A DNA stretch of 64,000 bases from Escherichia coli (GCF_011045215.1 NZ_CP049201.1), one strand, 5' to 3'. Shown: positions 42,558 through 55,762, counted from the first letter of the stretch. Translations and numbers: made by a program. Notes: generated by a model from the letters alone, not told the origin.

Positions 42558-42720
42558 CGGTGGTGACCTTACTATTTACGATCAAATAATTGCAGATGTA
42601 TGGAATCATATATCCCGAATTGACAGACTTAAAGGAATCATTGAGTCTACACTCGCAGAGTGTGAAGAGCGTCATAAGAACTTAAGCGGAATTTTTGCTG
42701 CCAGCCCAGGAGAGTGGAAG

Positions 42721-43578
42721 ATGTTGTACCTGACGAAAATACGCAATGCGGAAAGTGAATTTACCGAGAACGAGCAAAAAATTGCTGACTTTCTGCGGGC
42801 CAACGTGAGTGAGCTGAAATCCGTCTCTTCGCGCAAGATGGCGAAACAGCTCGGCATCAGCCAGTCGAGTATTGTGAAGTTTGCCCAGAAGCTCGGCGCA
42901 CAAGGATTTACTGAATTGCGTATGGCGTTAATAGGCGAATACAGTGCCAGCCGGGAGAAAACGAATGCCACGGCGCTGCACCTGCACAGTTCGATTACCA
43001 GTGATGATTCGCTGGAAGTGATCGCCCGTAAACTGAATCGCGAAAAAGTGCTGGCGCTGGAGCAAACCTGCGCGTTGTTTGACTTCGCGCGGCTGCAAAA
43101 AATCATTGAGGTCATCAGTAAAGCACCGTTTATCCAGATAACGGGCCTGGGCGGATCGGCGCTGGTGGGGCGCGATCTGTCGTTCAAACTGATGAAAATT
43201 GGCTATCGCGTGGCCTGCGAAGCCGACACGCACGTACAAGCCACCGTTTCCCAGGCGTTGAAAAAAGGTGATGTACAAATCGCTATCTCTTACAGCGGCA
43301 GTAAAAAAGAGATTGTCTTGTGCGCAGAAGCGGCACGAAAGCAGGGGGCAACGGTGATTGCCATTACTTCTCTGGCTGACTCTCCGCTGCGGCGGCTGGC
43401 GCATTTCACGCTCGATACCGTTTCTGGCGAAACCGAATGGCGTAGCTCGTCGATGTCTACCCGCACGGCGCAAAATTCTGTTACCGATTTACTGTTTGTT
43501 GGCCTTGTGCAACTCAATGATGTGGAGTCATTGAAAATGATTGAGCGCAGCAGTGAGCTAACACAACGCCTGAAATGA
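42721..43578 (+). CDS. murR: RpiR/MurR-family transcriptional regulator of murQP
   Basis: 285-aa product from ATG at 42721 ([14 protein letters not shown]...); HTH plus SIS domain; divergent from murQ. Confidence 0.85.
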   Translation: MLYLTKIRNAESEFTENEQKIADFLRANVSELKSVSSRKMAKQLGISQSSIVKFAQKLGAQGFTELRMALIGEYSASREKTNATALHLHSSITSDDSLEVIARKLNREKVLALEQTCALFDFARLQKIIEVISKAPFIQITGLGGSALVGRDLSFKLMKIGYRVACEADTHVQATVSQALKKGDVQIAISYSGSKKEIVLCAEAARKQGATVIAITSLADSPLRRLAHFTLDTVSGETEWRSSSMSTRTAQNSVTDLLFVGLVQLNDVESLKMIERSSELTQRLK

Positions 43579-43706
43579 TGCATAAAGCAGCGACTGGATT
43601 GAGATTTTCCTGAATTAGTGAGCTGATCCGCAGCAATATTTTGTTTATCCTGTATTTTCAGAGGGAATGGAGTGTAACGCTCTGTATTAACAAGGAGAGC
43701 ATTAAA

Positions 43707-44498
43707 ATGGGTAAACTCACGGGCAAGACAGCACTGATTACGGGCGCATTGCAGGGAATTGGCGAAGGAATTGCCAGAACTTTTGCGCGTCATGGCGCAA
43801 ACCTAATCTTGCTGGATATCTCCCCTGAGATCGAAAAGCTGGCGGACGAACTGTGTGGTCGTGGTCATCGCTGTACGGCGGTTGTCGCCGATGTGCGTGA
43901 CCCGGCGTCGGTAGCCGCAGCTATCAAACGCGCGAAGGAAAAAGAAGGGCGCATTGATATCCTGGTGAATAACGCAGGCGTTTGTCGTCTGGGCAGTTTC
44001 CTCGATATGAGCGATGACGATCGCGATTTCCATATTGACATCAATATTAAAGGCGTATGGAACGTCACGAAGGCGGTGCTGCCGGAGATGATTGCCCGCA
44101 AAGATGGTCGCATTGTGATGATGTCTTCGGTCACTGGCGATATGGTGGCCGATCCGGGTGAAACGGCGTACGCCTTAACGAAAGCGGCGATTGTTGGCCT
44201 GACAAAATCGCTGGCGGTGGAGTATGCGCAGTCTGGTATTCGCGTTAACGCCATATGCCCTGGATACGTTCGCACACCAATGGCGGAAAGCATTGCCCGC
44301 CAGTCGAACCCGGAAGATCCAGAGTCGGTGCTGACTGAAATGGCAAAAGCAATCCCGCTGCGTCGCCTCGCCGATCCGCTGGAAGTCGGCGAACTGGCGG
44401 CCTTCCTCGCATCGGATGAATCCAGCTATTTAACCGGTACACAGAATGTGATTGATGGCGGCAGCACACTGCCGGAGACGGTTAGCGTCGGTATCTGA
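43707..44498 (+). CDS. ucpA: Short-chain dehydrogenase/reductase
   Basis: 263-aa product from ATG at 43707 with AAGGAGAG RBS; SDR motifs TGALQGIG and YxxxK. Confidence 0.85.
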   Translation: MGKLTGKTALITGALQGIGEGIARTFARHGANLILLDISPEIEKLADELCGRGHRCTAVVADVRDPASVAAAIKRAKEKEGRIDILVNNAGVCRLGSFLDMSDDDRDFHIDINIKGVWNVTKAVLPEMIARKDGRIVMMSSVTGDMVADPGETAYALTKAAIVGLTKSLAVEYAQSGIRVNAICPGYVRTPMAESIARQSNPEDPESVLTEMAKAIPLRRLADPLEVGELAAFLASDESSYLTGTQNVIDGGSTLPETVSVGI

Positions 44499-44655
44499 TT
44501 CACCTCTGTTTCCTCCCTGCATGTGTGGGGAGGATTTCGTCTTATTCCCTTTTCAACTTCCAAATCACCAAACGGTATATAAAACCGTTACTCCTTTCAC
44601 GTCCGTTATAAATATGATGGCTATTAGAAAGTCATTAAATTTATAAGGGTGCGCA

Positions 44656-45672
44656 ATGGCCGTTAACTTACTGAAAAAGAACTCACTCGCGCTGGTCGCT
44701 TCTCTGCTGCTGGCGGGCCATGTACAGGCAACGGAACTGCTGAACAGTTCTTATGACGTCTCCCGCGAGCTGTTTGCCGCCCTGAACCCGCCGTTTGAAC
44801 AGCAATGGGCCAAAGATAACGGCGGCGACAAACTGACGATAAAACAATCTCATGCCGGGTCATCAAAACAGGCGCTGGCAATTTTGCAGGGCTTAAAAGC
44901 CGACGTTGTCACTTATAACCAGGTGACCGACGTACAAATTCTGCACGATAAAGGCAAGCTTATCCCGGCGGACTGGCAGTCGCGCCTGCCGAATAATAGC
45001 TCGCCGTTCTACTCCACCATGGGCTTCCTGGTGCGTAAGGGCAACCCGAAGAATATCCACGACTGGAACGACCTGGTGCGCTCCGACGTGAAACTGATTT
45101 TCCCGAACCCGAAAACGTCCGGTAACGCGCGTTATACCTACTTGGCAGCATGGGGCGCAGCGGATAAAGCTGACGGTGGCGACAAAGCCAAAACCGAACA
45201 GTTTATGACCCAGTTCCTGAAAAACGTTGAAGTGTTCGATACCGGCGGTCGTGGCGCGACCACCACCTTTGCCGAGCGCGGCCTGGGCGATGTGCTGATC
45301 AGCTTCGAGTCGGAAGTGAACAACATCCGCAAACAGTATGAAGCGCAGGGCTTTGAAGTGGTGATTCCGAAAACCAACATTCTGGCGGAATTCCCGGTGG
45401 CGTGGGTTGATAAAAACGTGCAGGCCAACGGTACGGAAAAAGCCGCCAAAGCCTACCTGAACTGGCTCTACAGCCCGCAGGCGCAAACCATCATCACCGA
45501 CTATTACTACCGCGTGAATAACCCGGAAGTCATGGACAAACTGAAAGATAAATTCCCTCAGACCGAGCTGTTCCGCGTGGAAGACAAATTTGGCTCCTGG
45601 CCGGAAGTGATGAAAACCCACTTCACCAGCGGCGGCGAGTTAGACAAGCTGTTAGCGGCGGGGCGTAATTAA
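44656..45672 (+). CDS. cysP: Thiosulfate/sulfate ABC transporter periplasmic binding protein
   Basis: 338-aa ORF with signal peptide; first gene of cysPUWAM. Confidence 0.9.
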   Translation: MAVNLLKKNSLALVASLLLAGHVQATELLNSSYDVSRELFAALNPPFEQQWAKDNGGDKLTIKQSHAGSSKQALAILQGLKADVVTYNQVTDVQILHDKGKLIPADWQSRLPNNSSPFYSTMGFLVRKGNPKNIHDWNDLVRSDVKLIFPNPKTSGNARYTYLAAWGAADKADGGDKAKTEQFMTQFLKNVEVFDTGGRGATTTFAERGLGDVLISFESEVNNIRKQYEAQGFEVVIPKTNILAEFPVAWVDKNVQANGTEKAAKAYLNWLYSPQAQTIITDYYYRVNNPEVMDKLKDKFPQTELFRVEDKFGSWPEVMKTHFTSGGELDKLLAAGRN

Positions 45673-46505
45673 TGTTTGCAGTTTCTTCAAGACGCGTGCT
45701 GCCGGGCTTTACCTTAAGCCTCGGCACCAGTCTGCTGTTTGTGTGCCTGATATTGCTGCTGCCGCTTTCCGCGCTGGTGATGCAGCTTTCTGAGATGAGC
45801 TGGGCGCAGTACTGGGAAGTGATCACCAACCCGCAGGTGGTCGCGGCCTACAAAGTGACGCTGCTGTCGGCGTTTGTGGCATCAATTTTTAACGGCGTTT
45901 TCGGCCTGCTGATGGCGTGGATTTTAACCCGTTATCGCTTTCCGGGCCGCACGCTGCTTGATGCGCTGATGGATTTACCCTTTGCGCTGCCAACGGCAGT
46001 CGCCGGTTTAACGCTGGCCTCGCTCTTTTCCGTGAACGGTTTTTACGGTGAATGGCTGGCGAAGTTTGATATCAAAGTCACCTACACCTGGCTTGGGATT
46101 GCGGTGGCGATGGCCTTTACCAGCATTCCGTTTGTGGTGCGTACCGTGCAGCCGGTGCTGGAAGAGTTAGGCCCGGAATATGAAGAAGCGGCAGAAACGC
46201 TTGGCGCAACGCGCTGGCAGAGTTTCTGCAAAGTGGTGCTGCCGGAACTTTCTCCGGCGCTGGTGGCGGGCGTGGCGTTGTCGTTTACCCGTAGTCTTGG
46301 TGAGTTTGGCGCGGTGATATTTATCGCCGGGAACATCGCCTGGAAGACGGAAGTGACGTCGCTGATGATTTTTGTGCGCTTGCAGGAGTTTGATTACCCG
46401 GCGGCGAGCGCGATTGCTTCGGTGATCCTCGCGGCATCTCTGCTGCTGCTGTTCTCAATTAACACTCTGCAAAGTCGCTTTGGTCGGCGTGTGGTAGGTC
46501 ATTAA
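45672..46505 (+). CDS. cysU: Sulfate/thiosulfate ABC transporter permease
   Basis: 277-aa membrane ORF overlapping cysP stop. Confidence 0.9.
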   Translation: MFAVSSRRVLPGFTLSLGTSLLFVCLILLLPLSALVMQLSEMSWAQYWEVITNPQVVAAYKVTLLSAFVASIFNGVFGLLMAWILTRYRFPGRTLLDALMDLPFALPTAVAGLTLASLFSVNGFYGEWLAKFDIKVTYTWLGIAVAMAFTSIPFVVRTVQPVLEELGPEYEEAAETLGATRWQSFCKVVLPELSPALVAGVALSFTRSLGEFGAVIFIAGNIAWKTEVTSLMIFVRLQEFDYPAASAIASVILAASLLLLFSINTLQSRFGRRVVGH

Positions 46506-47380
46506 TGGCGGAAGTTACCCAATTGAAGCGTTATGACGCGCGCCCGATTAACTGGGGCAAATGGTTTCTAATTGGCATCGGGATGCTGGTATCGGCGTTC
46601 ATTCTGCTGGTGCCGATGATTTATATCTTCGTACAGGCGTTCAGCAAAGGGCTGATGCCTGTTTTACAGAATCTGGCCGATCCGGATATGCTGCACGCCA
46701 TCTGGCTGACGGTGATGATCGCGCTGATTGCCGTACCGGTAAACTTGGTGTTCGGCATTCTGCTGGCCTGGCTGGTGACGCGCTTTAACTTCCCTGGACG
46801 CCAGTTACTGCTGACGCTACTGGACATTCCGTTTGCCGTATCGCCGGTGGTTGCCGGTCTGGTGTATCTGCTGTTCTACGGCTCTAACGGCCCGCTGGGC
46901 GGCTGGCTGGATGAACATAATCTGCAAATTATGTTCTCCTGGCCGGGAATGGTGCTGGTCACCATCTTTGTGACGTGTCCGTTTGTGGTGCGCGAGCTGG
47001 TACCGGTGATGTTAAGCCAGGGCAGCCAGGAAGACGAAGCGGCGATTTTGCTTGGCGCGTCTGGCTGGCAGATGTTTCGCCGCGTCACATTGCCGAACAT
47101 TCGCTGGGCGCTGCTTTATGGCGTGGTGTTGACCAACGCCCGCGCAATTGGCGAGTTTGGCGCGGTGTCGGTGGTTTCCGGCTCGATTCGCGGCGAAACC
47201 CTGTCGCTGCCGTTACAGATTGAATTGCTGGAGCAGGACTACAACACCGTCGGCTCCTTTACCGCCGCCGCGCTGTTGACGCTGATGGCGATTATCACCC
47301 TGTTTTTAAAAAGTATGTTGCAGTGGCGCCTGGAGAATCAGGAAAAACGCGCACAGCAGGAGGAACATCATGAGCATTGA
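46505..47380 (+). CDS. cysW: Sulfate/thiosulfate ABC transporter permease
   Basis: 291-aa membrane ORF overlapping cysU stop. Confidence 0.9.
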   Translation: MAEVTQLKRYDARPINWGKWFLIGIGMLVSAFILLVPMIYIFVQAFSKGLMPVLQNLADPDMLHAIWLTVMIALIAVPVNLVFGILLAWLVTRFNFPGRQLLLTLLDIPFAVSPVVAGLVYLLFYGSNGPLGGWLDEHNLQIMFSWPGMVLVTIFVTCPFVVRELVPVMLSQGSQEDEAAILLGASGWQMFRRVTLPNIRWALLYGVVLTNARAIGEFGAVSVVSGSIRGETLSLPLQIELLEQDYNTVGSFTAAALLTLMAIITLFLKSMLQWRLENQEKRAQQEEHHEH

Positions 47381-48467
47381 GATTGCCAATATTAAGAAGT
47401 CGTTTGGTCGCACCCAGGTGCTGAACGATATCTCACTGGATATTCCTTCAGGTCAGATGGTCGCGTTGCTGGGGCCGTCCGGTTCCGGGAAAACCACGCT
47501 GCTGCGCATTATCGCTGGGCTGGAGCATCAAACCAGCGGGCATATTCGCTTCCACGGCACCGACGTGAGCCGCCTGCACGCACGTGATCGTAAAGTCGGT
47601 TTCGTGTTCCAGCATTACGCGCTGTTCCGCCATATGACGGTGTTCGACAATATCGCTTTTGGCCTGACGGTGCTGCCACGTCGCGAGCGCCCGAATGCCG
47701 CGGCGATCAAAGCGAAAGTGACAAAATTGCTGGAGATGGTGCAGCTTGCTCATCTGGCGGATCGTTATCCGGCACAGCTTTCCGGCGGCCAGAAACAGCG
47801 CGTGGCGCTGGCGCGCGCGCTGGCTGTGGAACCGCAAATTCTGCTGCTTGATGAACCGTTTGGCGCGCTGGATGCGCAGGTGCGTAAAGAGCTGCGTCGC
47901 TGGCTGCGTCAACTGCATGAAGAGCTGAAATTCACCAGCGTGTTCGTGACCCACGACCAGGAAGAAGCGACCGAAGTAGCTGATCGTGTAGTGGTGATGA
48001 GCCAGGGCAATATCGAGCAGGCTGATGCGCCGGACCAGGTATGGCGCGAACCAGCGACCCGTTTTGTGCTCGAGTTTATGGGCGAAGTGAACCGCCTGCA
48101 GGGAACCATTCGCGGCGGGCAGTTCCATGTTGGCGCACATCGCTGGCCGCTGGGCTACACACCTGCGTATCAGGGGCCGGTGGATCTCTTCCTGCGCCCG
48201 TGGGAAGTGGATATCAGCCGCCGTACCAGTCTCGATTCGCCGCTGCCGGTACAGGTACTGGAAGCCAGCCCGAAAGGTCACTACACCCAATTAGTGGTGC
48301 AGCCGCTGGGGTGGTACAACGAACCGCTGACGGTCGTGATGCATGGCGACGATGCCCCGCAGCGTGGCGAGCGTTTATTCGTTGGTCTGCAACATGCGCG
48401 GCTGTATAACGGCGACGAGCGTATCGAAACCCGCGATGAGGAACTTGCTCTCGCACAAAGCGCCTGA
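47370..48467 (+). CDS. cysA: Sulfate/thiosulfate ABC transporter ATP-binding protein
   Basis: 365-aa ORF with Walker [10 protein letters not shown] and LSGGQ signature. Confidence 0.9.
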   Translation: MSIEIANIKKSFGRTQVLNDISLDIPSGQMVALLGPSGSGKTTLLRIIAGLEHQTSGHIRFHGTDVSRLHARDRKVGFVFQHYALFRHMTVFDNIAFGLTVLPRRERPNAAAIKAKVTKLLEMVQLAHLADRYPAQLSGGQKQRVALARALAVEPQILLLDEPFGALDAQVRKELRRWLRQLHEELKFTSVFVTHDQEEATEVADRVVVMSQGNIEQADAPDQVWREPATRFVLEFMGEVNRLQGTIRGGQFHVGAHRWPLGYTPAYQGPVDLFLRPWEVDISRRTSLDSPLPVQVLEASPKGHYTQLVVQPLGWYNEPLTVVMHGDDAPQRGERLFVGLQHARLYNGDERIETRDEELALAQSA

Positions 48468-48541
48468 TAGGTTGAGTGAATGTTAAACGCCCGGAGGCGC
48501 TTCCCGCGATCCGGGTTTTTTAATGGCAAGGTTTGTAACCT

Positions 48542-48577
48542 GTAGGCCTAATAAGACGCGCAAGCGTCGCATCAGGC
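48542..48577. repeat. REP element
   Basis: gtaggcctaataagacgcgcaagcgtcgcatcaggc between cysA and cysM, preceded by terminator-like hairpin CCCGGA...TCCGGG-TTTTTT near 48490-48521. Confidence 0.5.
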
Positions 48578-48600
48578 AACACCACGTATGGACAGAGATC

Positions 48601-49512
48601 GTGAGTACATTAGAACAAACAATAGGCAATACGCCTCTGGTGAAGTTGCAGCGAATGGGGCCGAATAACGGCAGTGAAGTGTGGTTAAAACTGGAAGGCA
48701 ATAACCCGGCAGGTTCGGTGAAAGATCGTGCGGCGCTTTCGATGATCGTCGAGGCGGAAAAGCGCGGGGAAATTAAACCGGGTGATGTGTTAATCGAAGC
48801 CACCAGTGGTAACACCGGCATTGCGCTGGCAATGATTGCCGCGCTTAAAGGCTATCGCATGAAATTGCTGATGCCCGACAACATGAGTCAGGAACGCCGT
48901 GCGGCAATGCTGGCATACGGTGCGGAACTGATTCTTGTCACCAAAGAGCAGGGCATGGAAGGTGCGCGCGATCTGGCGCTGGAGATGGCGAATCGTGGTG
49001 AAGGAAAGCTGCTCGATCAGTTCAATAATCCCGATAACCCTTACGCCCATTACACCACTACCGGGCCGGAAATCTGGCAGCAGACTGGCGGGCGCATTAC
49101 CCATTTTGTCTCCAGCATGGGAACAACCGGCACTATCACCGGCGTTTCACGCTTTATGCGCGAACAATCCAAACCGGTGACCATTGTTGGCCTGCAGCCG
49201 GAAGAGGGCAGTAGCATTCCCGGCATTCGCCGCTGGCCTGCGGAATATCTGCCGGGGATTTTCAACGCTTCTCTGGTGGATGAGGTGCTGGATATTCATC
49301 AGCGCGATGCGGAAAACACCATGCGCGAACTGGCGGTGCGGGAAGGAATATTCTGTGGCGTCAGCTCCGGCGGCGCGGTTGCCGGAGCACTGCGGGTGGC
49401 AAAAGCTAACCCTGGCGCGGTGGTGGTGGCGATCATCTGCGATCGTGGCGATCGCTACCTTTCCACCGGGGTGTTTGGGGAAGAGCATTTTAGTCAGGGG
49501 GCGGGGATTTAA
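48601..49512 (+). CDS. cysM: Cysteine synthase B (O-acetylserine sulfhydrylase B)
   Basis: 303-aa product from GTG at 48601 (VSTLEQTIGNTPLVK...); PLP-dependent enzyme family. Confidence 0.9.
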   Translation: MSTLEQTIGNTPLVKLQRMGPNNGSEVWLKLEGNNPAGSVKDRAALSMIVEAEKRGEIKPGDVLIEATSGNTGIALAMIAALKGYRMKLLMPDNMSQERRAAMLAYGAELILVTKEQGMEGARDLALEMANRGEGKLLDQFNNPDNPYAHYTTTGPEIWQQTGGRITHFVSSMGTTGTITGVSRFMREQSKPVTIVGLQPEEGSSIPGIRRWPAEYLPGIFNASLVDEVLDIHQRDAENTMRELAVREGIFCGVSSGGAVAGALRVAKANPGAVVVAIICDRGDRYLSTGVFGEEHFSQGAGI

Positions 49513-49514
49513 GA

Positions 49515-49883
49515 TTATTGCGCAGGCACCGTTTTATCCGTCTGCGCAATTAACGCATGTAAAAAAGGCTGTGCGTTCTCATCGCTCTTACCGGGCATCT
49601 TCACAATATACGGCTTCCCGGTAATCGATGACGACGAAGCAACCTTATCAATAAACTGCTCGGCAGTGTCAATGCGGTTTCGGGTGTTGCCCAGCTTCAG
49701 ACGCAGATGAGAAACCGCTTCATCGCAGCTATGTTCATCACCGTTGCGCACAAATATCAAATCCTTTTTCTGTGCTAATCCCTCCAGCATGGCGTTGATG
49801 CGGGCTTCTTCATGGGCAGTTAACTTCGCGTAAGCGGGGAGTGTCATTAGTAGTGTAATGACCAGACAAATGATTTTCTTCAT
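49515..49883 (-). CDS. yfeK: Small secreted protein (signal peptide)
   Basis: 122-aa ORF with N-terminal signal [19 protein letters not shown]; position between cysM and pdxK; symbol from remembered synteny and less certain. Confidence 0.5.
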   Translation of the reverse strand: MKKIICLVITLLMTLPAYAKLTAHEEARINAMLEGLAQKKDLIFVRNGDEHSCDEAVSHLRLKLGNTRNRIDTAEQFIDKVASSSSITGKPYIVKMPGKSDENAQPFLHALIAQTDKTVPAQ

Positions 49884-49974
<91 letters not shown>

Positions 49975-49987
49975 GAGAAAAAATTAA

Positions 49988-50839
49988 ATGAGTAGTTTGT
50001 TGTTGTTTAACGATAAGAGCAGGGCGCTGCAGGCGGATATCGTCGCCGTGCAGTCGCAGGTGGTTTACGGCAGCGTGGGCAACAGCATTGCCGTGCCTGC
50101 TATCAAACAGAACGGCCTGAATGTCTTTGCCGTGCCGACGGTATTGCTGAGCAATACGCCGCATTATGACACTTTCTACGGTGGTGCGATTCCGGACGAA
50201 TGGTTTAGCGGCTATTTGCGTGCGCTTCAGGAGCGTGATGCGCTGCGCCAACTTCGTGCTGTAACCACGGGCTATATGGGAACGGCATCGCAAATCAAAA
50301 TCCTTGCCGAGTGGCTGACTGCGCTACGCAAAGACCATCCTGACCTATTGATCATGGTCGATCCGGTGATTGGCGATATTGATAGCGGAATTTATGTCAA
50401 ACCTGACCTTCCCGAGGCGTATCGACAATATTTACTGCCGCTGGCGCAGGGAATTACCCCCAATATCTTTGAGCTGGAAATCCTGACCGGTAAAAATTGC
50501 CGCGATCTCGACAGTGCCATTGCTGCCGCAAAAAGTCTGCTTTCAGACACATTAAAATGGGTGGTGATTACCAGCGCCTCCGGTAATGAAGAAAATCAGG
50601 AGATGCAGGTGGTGGTGGTCACTGCCGACAGCGTGAATGTCATTTCCCATTCACGGGTAAAAACCGACCTGAAAGGGACTGGCGACCTGTTTTGTGCTCA
50701 GCTTATCAGTGGTTTGCTGAAAGGAAAGGCGTTAACCGATGCAGTGCACCGAGCGGGGTTGCGCGTACTGGAAGTGATGCGCTACACCCAGCAGCATGAG
50801 AGCGATGAATTGATTTTGCCGCCGCTGGCGGAAGCATAA
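49988..50839 (+). CDS. pdxK: Pyridoxal/pyridoxine/pyridoxamine kinase
   Basis: 283-aa [35 protein letters not shown]...; ribokinase-like PdxK family. Confidence 0.85.
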   Translation: MSSLLLFNDKSRALQADIVAVQSQVVYGSVGNSIAVPAIKQNGLNVFAVPTVLLSNTPHYDTFYGGAIPDEWFSGYLRALQERDALRQLRAVTTGYMGTASQIKILAEWLTALRKDHPDLLIMVDPVIGDIDSGIYVKPDLPEAYRQYLLPLAQGITPNIFELEILTGKNCRDLDSAIAAAKSLLSDTLKWVVITSASGNEENQEMQVVVVTADSVNVISHSRVKTDLKGTGDLFCAQLISGLLKGKALTDAVHRAGLRVLEVMRYTQQHESDELILPPLAEA

Positions 50840-50867
50840 AAAAATGGCGCCGATGGGCGCCATTTTT
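50838..50867. terminator. Bidirectional intrinsic terminator between convergent pdxK and crr
   Basis: AAAAA-ATGGCGCC-gatg-GGCGCCAT-TTTTT perfect hairpin flanked by A and T runs. Confidence 0.6.
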
Positions 50868-50881
50868 CACTGCGGCAAGAA

Positions 50882-51391
50882 TTACTTCTTGATGCGGATA
50901 ACCGGGGTTTCACCCACGGTTACGCTACCGGACAGTTTGATCAGTTCTTTGATTTCGTCCATGTTGGAGATAACAACCGGAGTCAGGGTAGACTTGGCTT
51001 TCTCTTCCAGCAGCGGCAGATCAAATTCAATGACAGTATCGCCAACTTTCACGCGCTGACCTTCTTCAGCAATACGCTTGAAGCCTTCGCCTTTCAGTTC
51101 AACGGTGTCGATACCGAAGTGGACGAACAGTTCAACGCCGCTATCAGATTCGATAGAGAATGCGTGGTTGGTTTCAAAGATTTTACCAATGGTGCCGTCT
51201 ACAGGCGCGACCATTTTGTTACCCGTTGGTTTGATAGCAATACCATCACCAACGATTTTTTCCGCAAAAACGACATCCGGCACGTCTTCGATATTGACGA
51301 TCTCGCCAGAGAGCGGAGCAATGATCTCAATAGTTCCGGTATCCTTCTTGTCGTCGGAAACCAGAGATTTCAGTTTATCGAACAAACCCAT
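50882..51391 (-). CDS. crr: PTS glucose-specific EIIA component
   Basis: 169-aa [42 protein letters not shown]...; matches Crr. Confidence 0.95.
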
Positions 51392-51431
51392 GATCTTCTC
51401 CTAAGCAGTAAATTGGGCCGCATCTCGTGGA

Positions 51432-53159
51432 TTAGCAGATTGTTTTTTCTTCAATGAACTTGTTAACCAGCGTCATTAACTCGTCCGTTGTCGGTTGAGC
51501 AAGAGCCTGCTCTGCTAACACCTTCGCATCTTCGAAGTTCGTGTTACGGATAATCTTCTTAATGCGCGGGATAGAAATGGCGCTCATAGAGAATTCGTCC
51601 AGACCCATCCCCAGCAACAGAAGTGTAGCACGTTCATCGCCAGCAAGCTCACCACACATGCCAGTCCATTTGCCTTCAGCATGAGAAGCATCAATAACTT
51701 GCTTGATCAAGTTCAGCACGGACGGTGACATTGGCTGGTAAAGGTGTGAAATCATATCATTACCACGGTCAACTGCCAGAGTGTACTGCGTTAAATCATT
51801 GGTGCCGATACTAAAGAAATCAACTTCTTTGGCTAAATGACGTGCAATTGTTGCGGCAGCCGGTGTTTCCACCATTACGCCGATTTCAATTGACTCGTCA
51901 AACGCTTTACCTTCGTCGCGCAGTTCCTGTTTGTAGATTTCGATCTCTTTGCGCAGTGCACGCACTTCTTCAACAGAGATGATCATCGGGAACATAATGC
52001 GCAATTTACCGAAAGCCGAGGCACGCAGGATAGCGCGGAGCTGATCGCGCAGGATCTCTTTACGATCCATCGCGATACGGATAGCGCGCCAGCCGAGGAA
52101 CGGGTTCTCTTCTTTCGGGAAGTTCATGTATGGCAGCTCTTTGTCGCCGCCGATGTCCATGGTACGAACGATAACCGCCTGCGAGCCACACGCTTCAGCC
52201 ACTGCTTTGTAAGCAGCAAACTGTTCTTCTTCAGTGGGCAGCGCGTCGCGGTCCATGAACAGGAACTCAGTACGATACAGACCAACGCCTTCAGCGCCGT
52301 TACGCTCAGCACCTTCAACGTCACGAACCGTACCAATGTTAGCGCACACTTCTACCTGGTGACCGTCCAGCGTAATAGCTGGCAGATCTTTCAGTTTAGC
52401 AAGCTCTGCTTTTTCAGAAGCCACTTGCTCCTGAACAGCGCGCATTTTATCAATAACTTCGTTGGTTGGATTGACGTAAACCTGATTATTTACGGCATCC
52501 AGAATCAGATAGTCGTCATTTTTCACCTGAGAGGTGACGCTACCGGTACCCACGATAGCAGGCAGTTCCAGAGAACGCGCCATGATAGAGGTGTGGGAAG
52601 TACGGCCACCCGCGTCGGTGATGAAACCCAGCACCTTCTTCAGGTTCAGCTGTGCGGTTTCGGACGGCGTCAGGTCAGCGGCAACCAGAATGACTTCATC
52701 CTGAATGGCGCTCAGGTCGATAATCTTCAGGCCCAGGATGTTGCGCAGCAGGCGCTTACCGATATCACGTACGTCAGCCGCACGTTCTTTCAGGTATTCA
52801 TCATCCAGCTCTTCCAGGGCAGAAGCCTGACCTTCGATAACTTCATGAGCAGCTGCGTCAGCTGTCATGTGCTTATCTTTAATCAGGGCTATGATTTCCT
52901 GCTCCAGCTCCTCATCTTCGAGCAGCATAATATGCCCTTCAAAGATGGCTTCTTTTTCTTCACCGAACGTTTCACCAGCTTTCGTTTTGATCGTTTCCAG
53001 CTGGGCTGATGCCTTGGCACGACCGCTCAGAAAACGTTCAACTTCCTGATCAACCTGGTCGGCAGAAATTTTTTTCCGGTCAATGACAATTTCGTCTTCT
53101 TTCAGAAGCAGAGCTTTACCGAAAGCGATACCCGGGGATGCTAAAATGCCTGAAATCAT
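51432..53159 (-). CDS. ptsI: PTS enzyme I
   Basis: 575-aa [22 protein letters not shown]...; PEP-utilising enzyme family; ptsHI-crr synteny. Confidence 0.95.
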   Translation of the reverse strand: MISGILASPGIAFGKALLLKEDEIVIDRKKISADQVDQEVERFLSGRAKASAQLETIKTKAGETFGEEKEAIFEGHIMLLEDEELEQEIIALIKDKHMTADAAAHEVIEGQASALEELDDEYLKERAADVRDIGKRLLRNILGLKIIDLSAIQDEVILVAADLTPSETAQLNLKKVLGFITDAGGRTSHTSIMARSLELPAIVGTGSVTSQVKNDDYLILDAVNNQVYVNPTNEVIDKMRAVQEQVASEKAELAKLKDLPAITLDGHQVEVCANIGTVRDVEGAERNGAEGVGLYRTEFLFMDRDALPTEEEQFAAYKAVAEACGSQAVIVRTMDIGGDKELPYMNFPKEENPFLGWRAIRIAMDRKEILRDQLRAILRASAFGKLRIMFPMIISVEEVRALRKEIEIYKQELRDEGKAFDESIEIGVMVETPAAATIARHLAKEVDFFSIGTNDLTQYTLAVDRGNDMISHLYQPMSPSVLNLIKQVIDASHAEGKWTGMCGELAGDERATLLLLGMGLDEFSMSAISIPRIKKIIRNTNFEDAKVLAEQALAQPTTDELMTLVNKFIEEKTIC

Positions 53160-53203
53160 AACCCTACCTTACTTGTGACTGATTTTTAAAAGAACCCGGG
53201 AAA

Positions 53204-53461
53204 TTACTCGAGTTCCGCCATCAGTTTAACCAGATGTTCAACCGCTTTCTGCTCGTCTTCGCCTTCTGCGGAGATAGTCACAACGGTACCTTGAGTCAGG
53301 CCCAGAGTCTGCAGTTTAAACAGGCTTTTCGCGCTGGCGCTTTTGCCGTTGGAAGTCACAGTAATTTCAGAAGTGAAGCCCTTAGCTTCTTTTACAAACT
53401 GGGCAGCAGGGCGGGTGTGCAGACCGTTCGGAGCGGTAATGGTAACTTCTTGCTGGAACAT
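53204..53461 (-). CDS. ptsH: PTS phosphocarrier protein HPr
   Basis: 85-aa [32 protein letters not shown]...; active-site His15 context. Confidence 0.95.
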
Positions 53462-53794
53462 TGTATTTCCCCAACTTATAGGTTTAGTGTTGTGGAACTA
53501 AAGTCTAGCCTGGCGGTTCGACTTTAGCCTGTATTGTTAGCGCCAGTTTTTAACAGACGCGACGCACGAAGAGCGCAATACAGTCCATTGCTGGCGGGTG
53601 TTGACCGCTGACGTTTCGTACGTCATTAAACATTATGCCGCTAAAGGAAGAATTGAACCAAATCATAAAATCGATTCAGCTTTGGCTTTTCCTGTAACGA
53701 TTAATTTCGCGCATCAAAATAATTAGTCTGGTTAAATACCAGTTCCGACAGGCTGAATCAATGCCAGGAGGGGCGAAAGTTTGAAGCAGGCCAC

Positions 53795-53822
53795 AAAAAA
53801 GCACCTAAAAAGGTGCTTTTTT
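53795..53822. terminator. Intrinsic terminator downstream of cysK
   Basis: AAAAAA-GCACCT-aaaa-AGGTGC-TTTTTT hairpin about 25 nt after cysK stop. Confidence 0.5.
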
Positions 53823-53844
53823 ACGCATTTTTAACAAGCTGGCA

Positions 53845-54816
53845 TTACTGTTGCAATTCTTTCTCAGTGAAGAGATCGGCAAACAATGCGGTGCTTAAAT
53901 AACGCTCACCCGATGATGGTAGAATAACCACAATATTCTTGTTGGTAAAGCTTTCATCTTCTTGTAGTTTCAACGCCGCGGCAACAGCTGCTCCAGAAGA
54001 GATACCTGCAAGAATACCTTCTTCTTCCATTAGACGACGGGCGGTAGAAATGGCTTCTTCATTGGTGATGCCAATGACTTTATCGACCAGCTTGAGATCG
54101 AGGTTAGCCGGGATAAAACCAGCGCCAATACCCTGAATTTTATGCGGGCCAGGTTTAATCTCTTCACCTGCCAGCGCCTGGGCGATAACTGGAGAATCGG
54201 TTGGCTCAACGGCGACAGAGATAAGATCGGTCTTTCCTTTGGTGCCTTTAATGTAGCGGCTGACGCCAGTCAGCGTACCGCCAGTCCCAACGCCAGCAAT
54301 AAATACATCAACCTGACCGTCGGTATCTTCCCAGATCTCCGGACCGGTGGTCTTTTCGTGAATTTCAGGGTTTGCCGGATTGCTGAATTGTTGCAGCAGC
54401 AGGTATTTCTCTGGATTGCTGGCGACAATTTCTTCTGCTTTTTGGATTGCGCCTTTCATGCCTTTAGCACCTTCGGTCAGCACCAGGTTTGCACCTAACG
54501 CTTTCAGCAGCTTGCGGCGTTCAATACTCATGGTTTCTGGCATGGTCAGGGTGAGTTTGTAACCGCGAGCGGCAGCTACATAGGCCAGTGCAATCCCGGT
54601 ATTACCGCTGGTCGGTTCAACCAGTTCAACGCCTGGTTTCAGCACGCCGCGCTTTTCGGCATCCCAAATCATGTTGGCACCGATACGGCACTTAACGCTG
54701 AAGCTGGGGTTACGAGATTCCACCTTCGCCAGAATGCGTCCGTTACCGATGCGATTCAGGCGAACCAGCGGCGTGTGACCGATAGTCAGCGAGTTATCTT
54801 CAAAAATCTTACTCAT
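53845..54816 (-). CDS. cysK: Cysteine synthase A (O-acetylserine sulfhydrylase A)
   Basis: 323-aa [47 protein letters not shown]...; matches CysK. Confidence 0.95.
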   Translation of the reverse strand: MSKIFEDNSLTIGHTPLVRLNRIGNGRILAKVESRNPSFSVKCRIGANMIWDAEKRGVLKPGVELVEPTSGNTGIALAYVAAARGYKLTLTMPETMSIERRKLLKALGANLVLTEGAKGMKGAIQKAEEIVASNPEKYLLLQQFSNPANPEIHEKTTGPEIWEDTDGQVDVFIAGVGTGGTLTGVSRYIKGTKGKTDLISVAVEPTDSPVIAQALAGEEIKPGPHKIQGIGAGFIPANLDLKLVDKVIGITNEEAISTARRLMEEEGILAGISSGAAVAAALKLQEDESFTNKNIVVILPSSGERYLSTALFADLFTEKELQQ

Positions 54817-55000
54817 GGCCTGTCCTTAACTGTATGAAATTGGGATACAACAGGTAGCATACCCGCTCAGAGAATATGCGGAAGTAAGGATTTAGCATAT
54901 CTATATACAGAAGGGAAATAATGACATGCAAGATGGAATAAGGGGCGGCATAAGCCACCCCTGTTTCACACAAACGGTTTACAAAATAACCGGTAGATTG

Positions 55001-55762
55001 TTACCGCCACATCGCGTGTTTATCGCGATAGCAATCGACCCACATCGCCGTCGCGCCACAAACGGCAACGGGCATGATGAACAGATTAAGCAGCGGGATC
55101 ATCGTAAACAGGCTGGTTAAAGCACCAAACTGCATATTGGTGATTTTGCGTGTGCGCAGGGCGGTGCGCATCTCTTTAAACGGTACTTTGTGGTTATCGA
55201 AGGGGTAATCGCAATACTGGATGGCTAACATCCAGGCGCTAAACAGGAACCACAGTACCGGCGCGACGGTTTGCCCAATACCAGGGATGAAGTAAAGAAT
55301 TAGCAATACAATTGCGCGTGGCAGATACCAGGCAAATTTTTGCCATTCGCGTTTCATGATTCGCGGCACATCTTTCATGATACCGAAAATCCCGGTATCT
55401 GGCGGTGTAGCGCCAGTCAATCGTGCTTCCAGTTGTTCAGCCAATAAACCGTTGAACGGAGCGGCAATCCAGTTAGCAATCGTTGAGAAGAAATAGCCAA
55501 ACACTAACAGCACAGAGATGACAGCCAGAGGCCACAACAGATAGCTCAGCCATTGTAACCAGTCCGGAACATAACTCATGAGAGTCGGGATCCAGACATC
55601 GAGTTGCGTAAAGAGCCACCAGAATGCGCCCCCCATCAACAAAATATTGACCAGCAGCGGTAAAATAACGAAACGCCGAATCCCAGGTTGCGAGACGAGC
55701 TTCCAGCCTTGCGCAAAATAGTAAAAACCGCTGCGTGGGGCAGATGTGAATGATGAAACCAT
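55001..55762 (-). CDS. cysZ: Sulfate transporter CysZ
   Basis: 253-aa multi-pass membrane ORF; divergent from zipA; synteny. Confidence 0.85.
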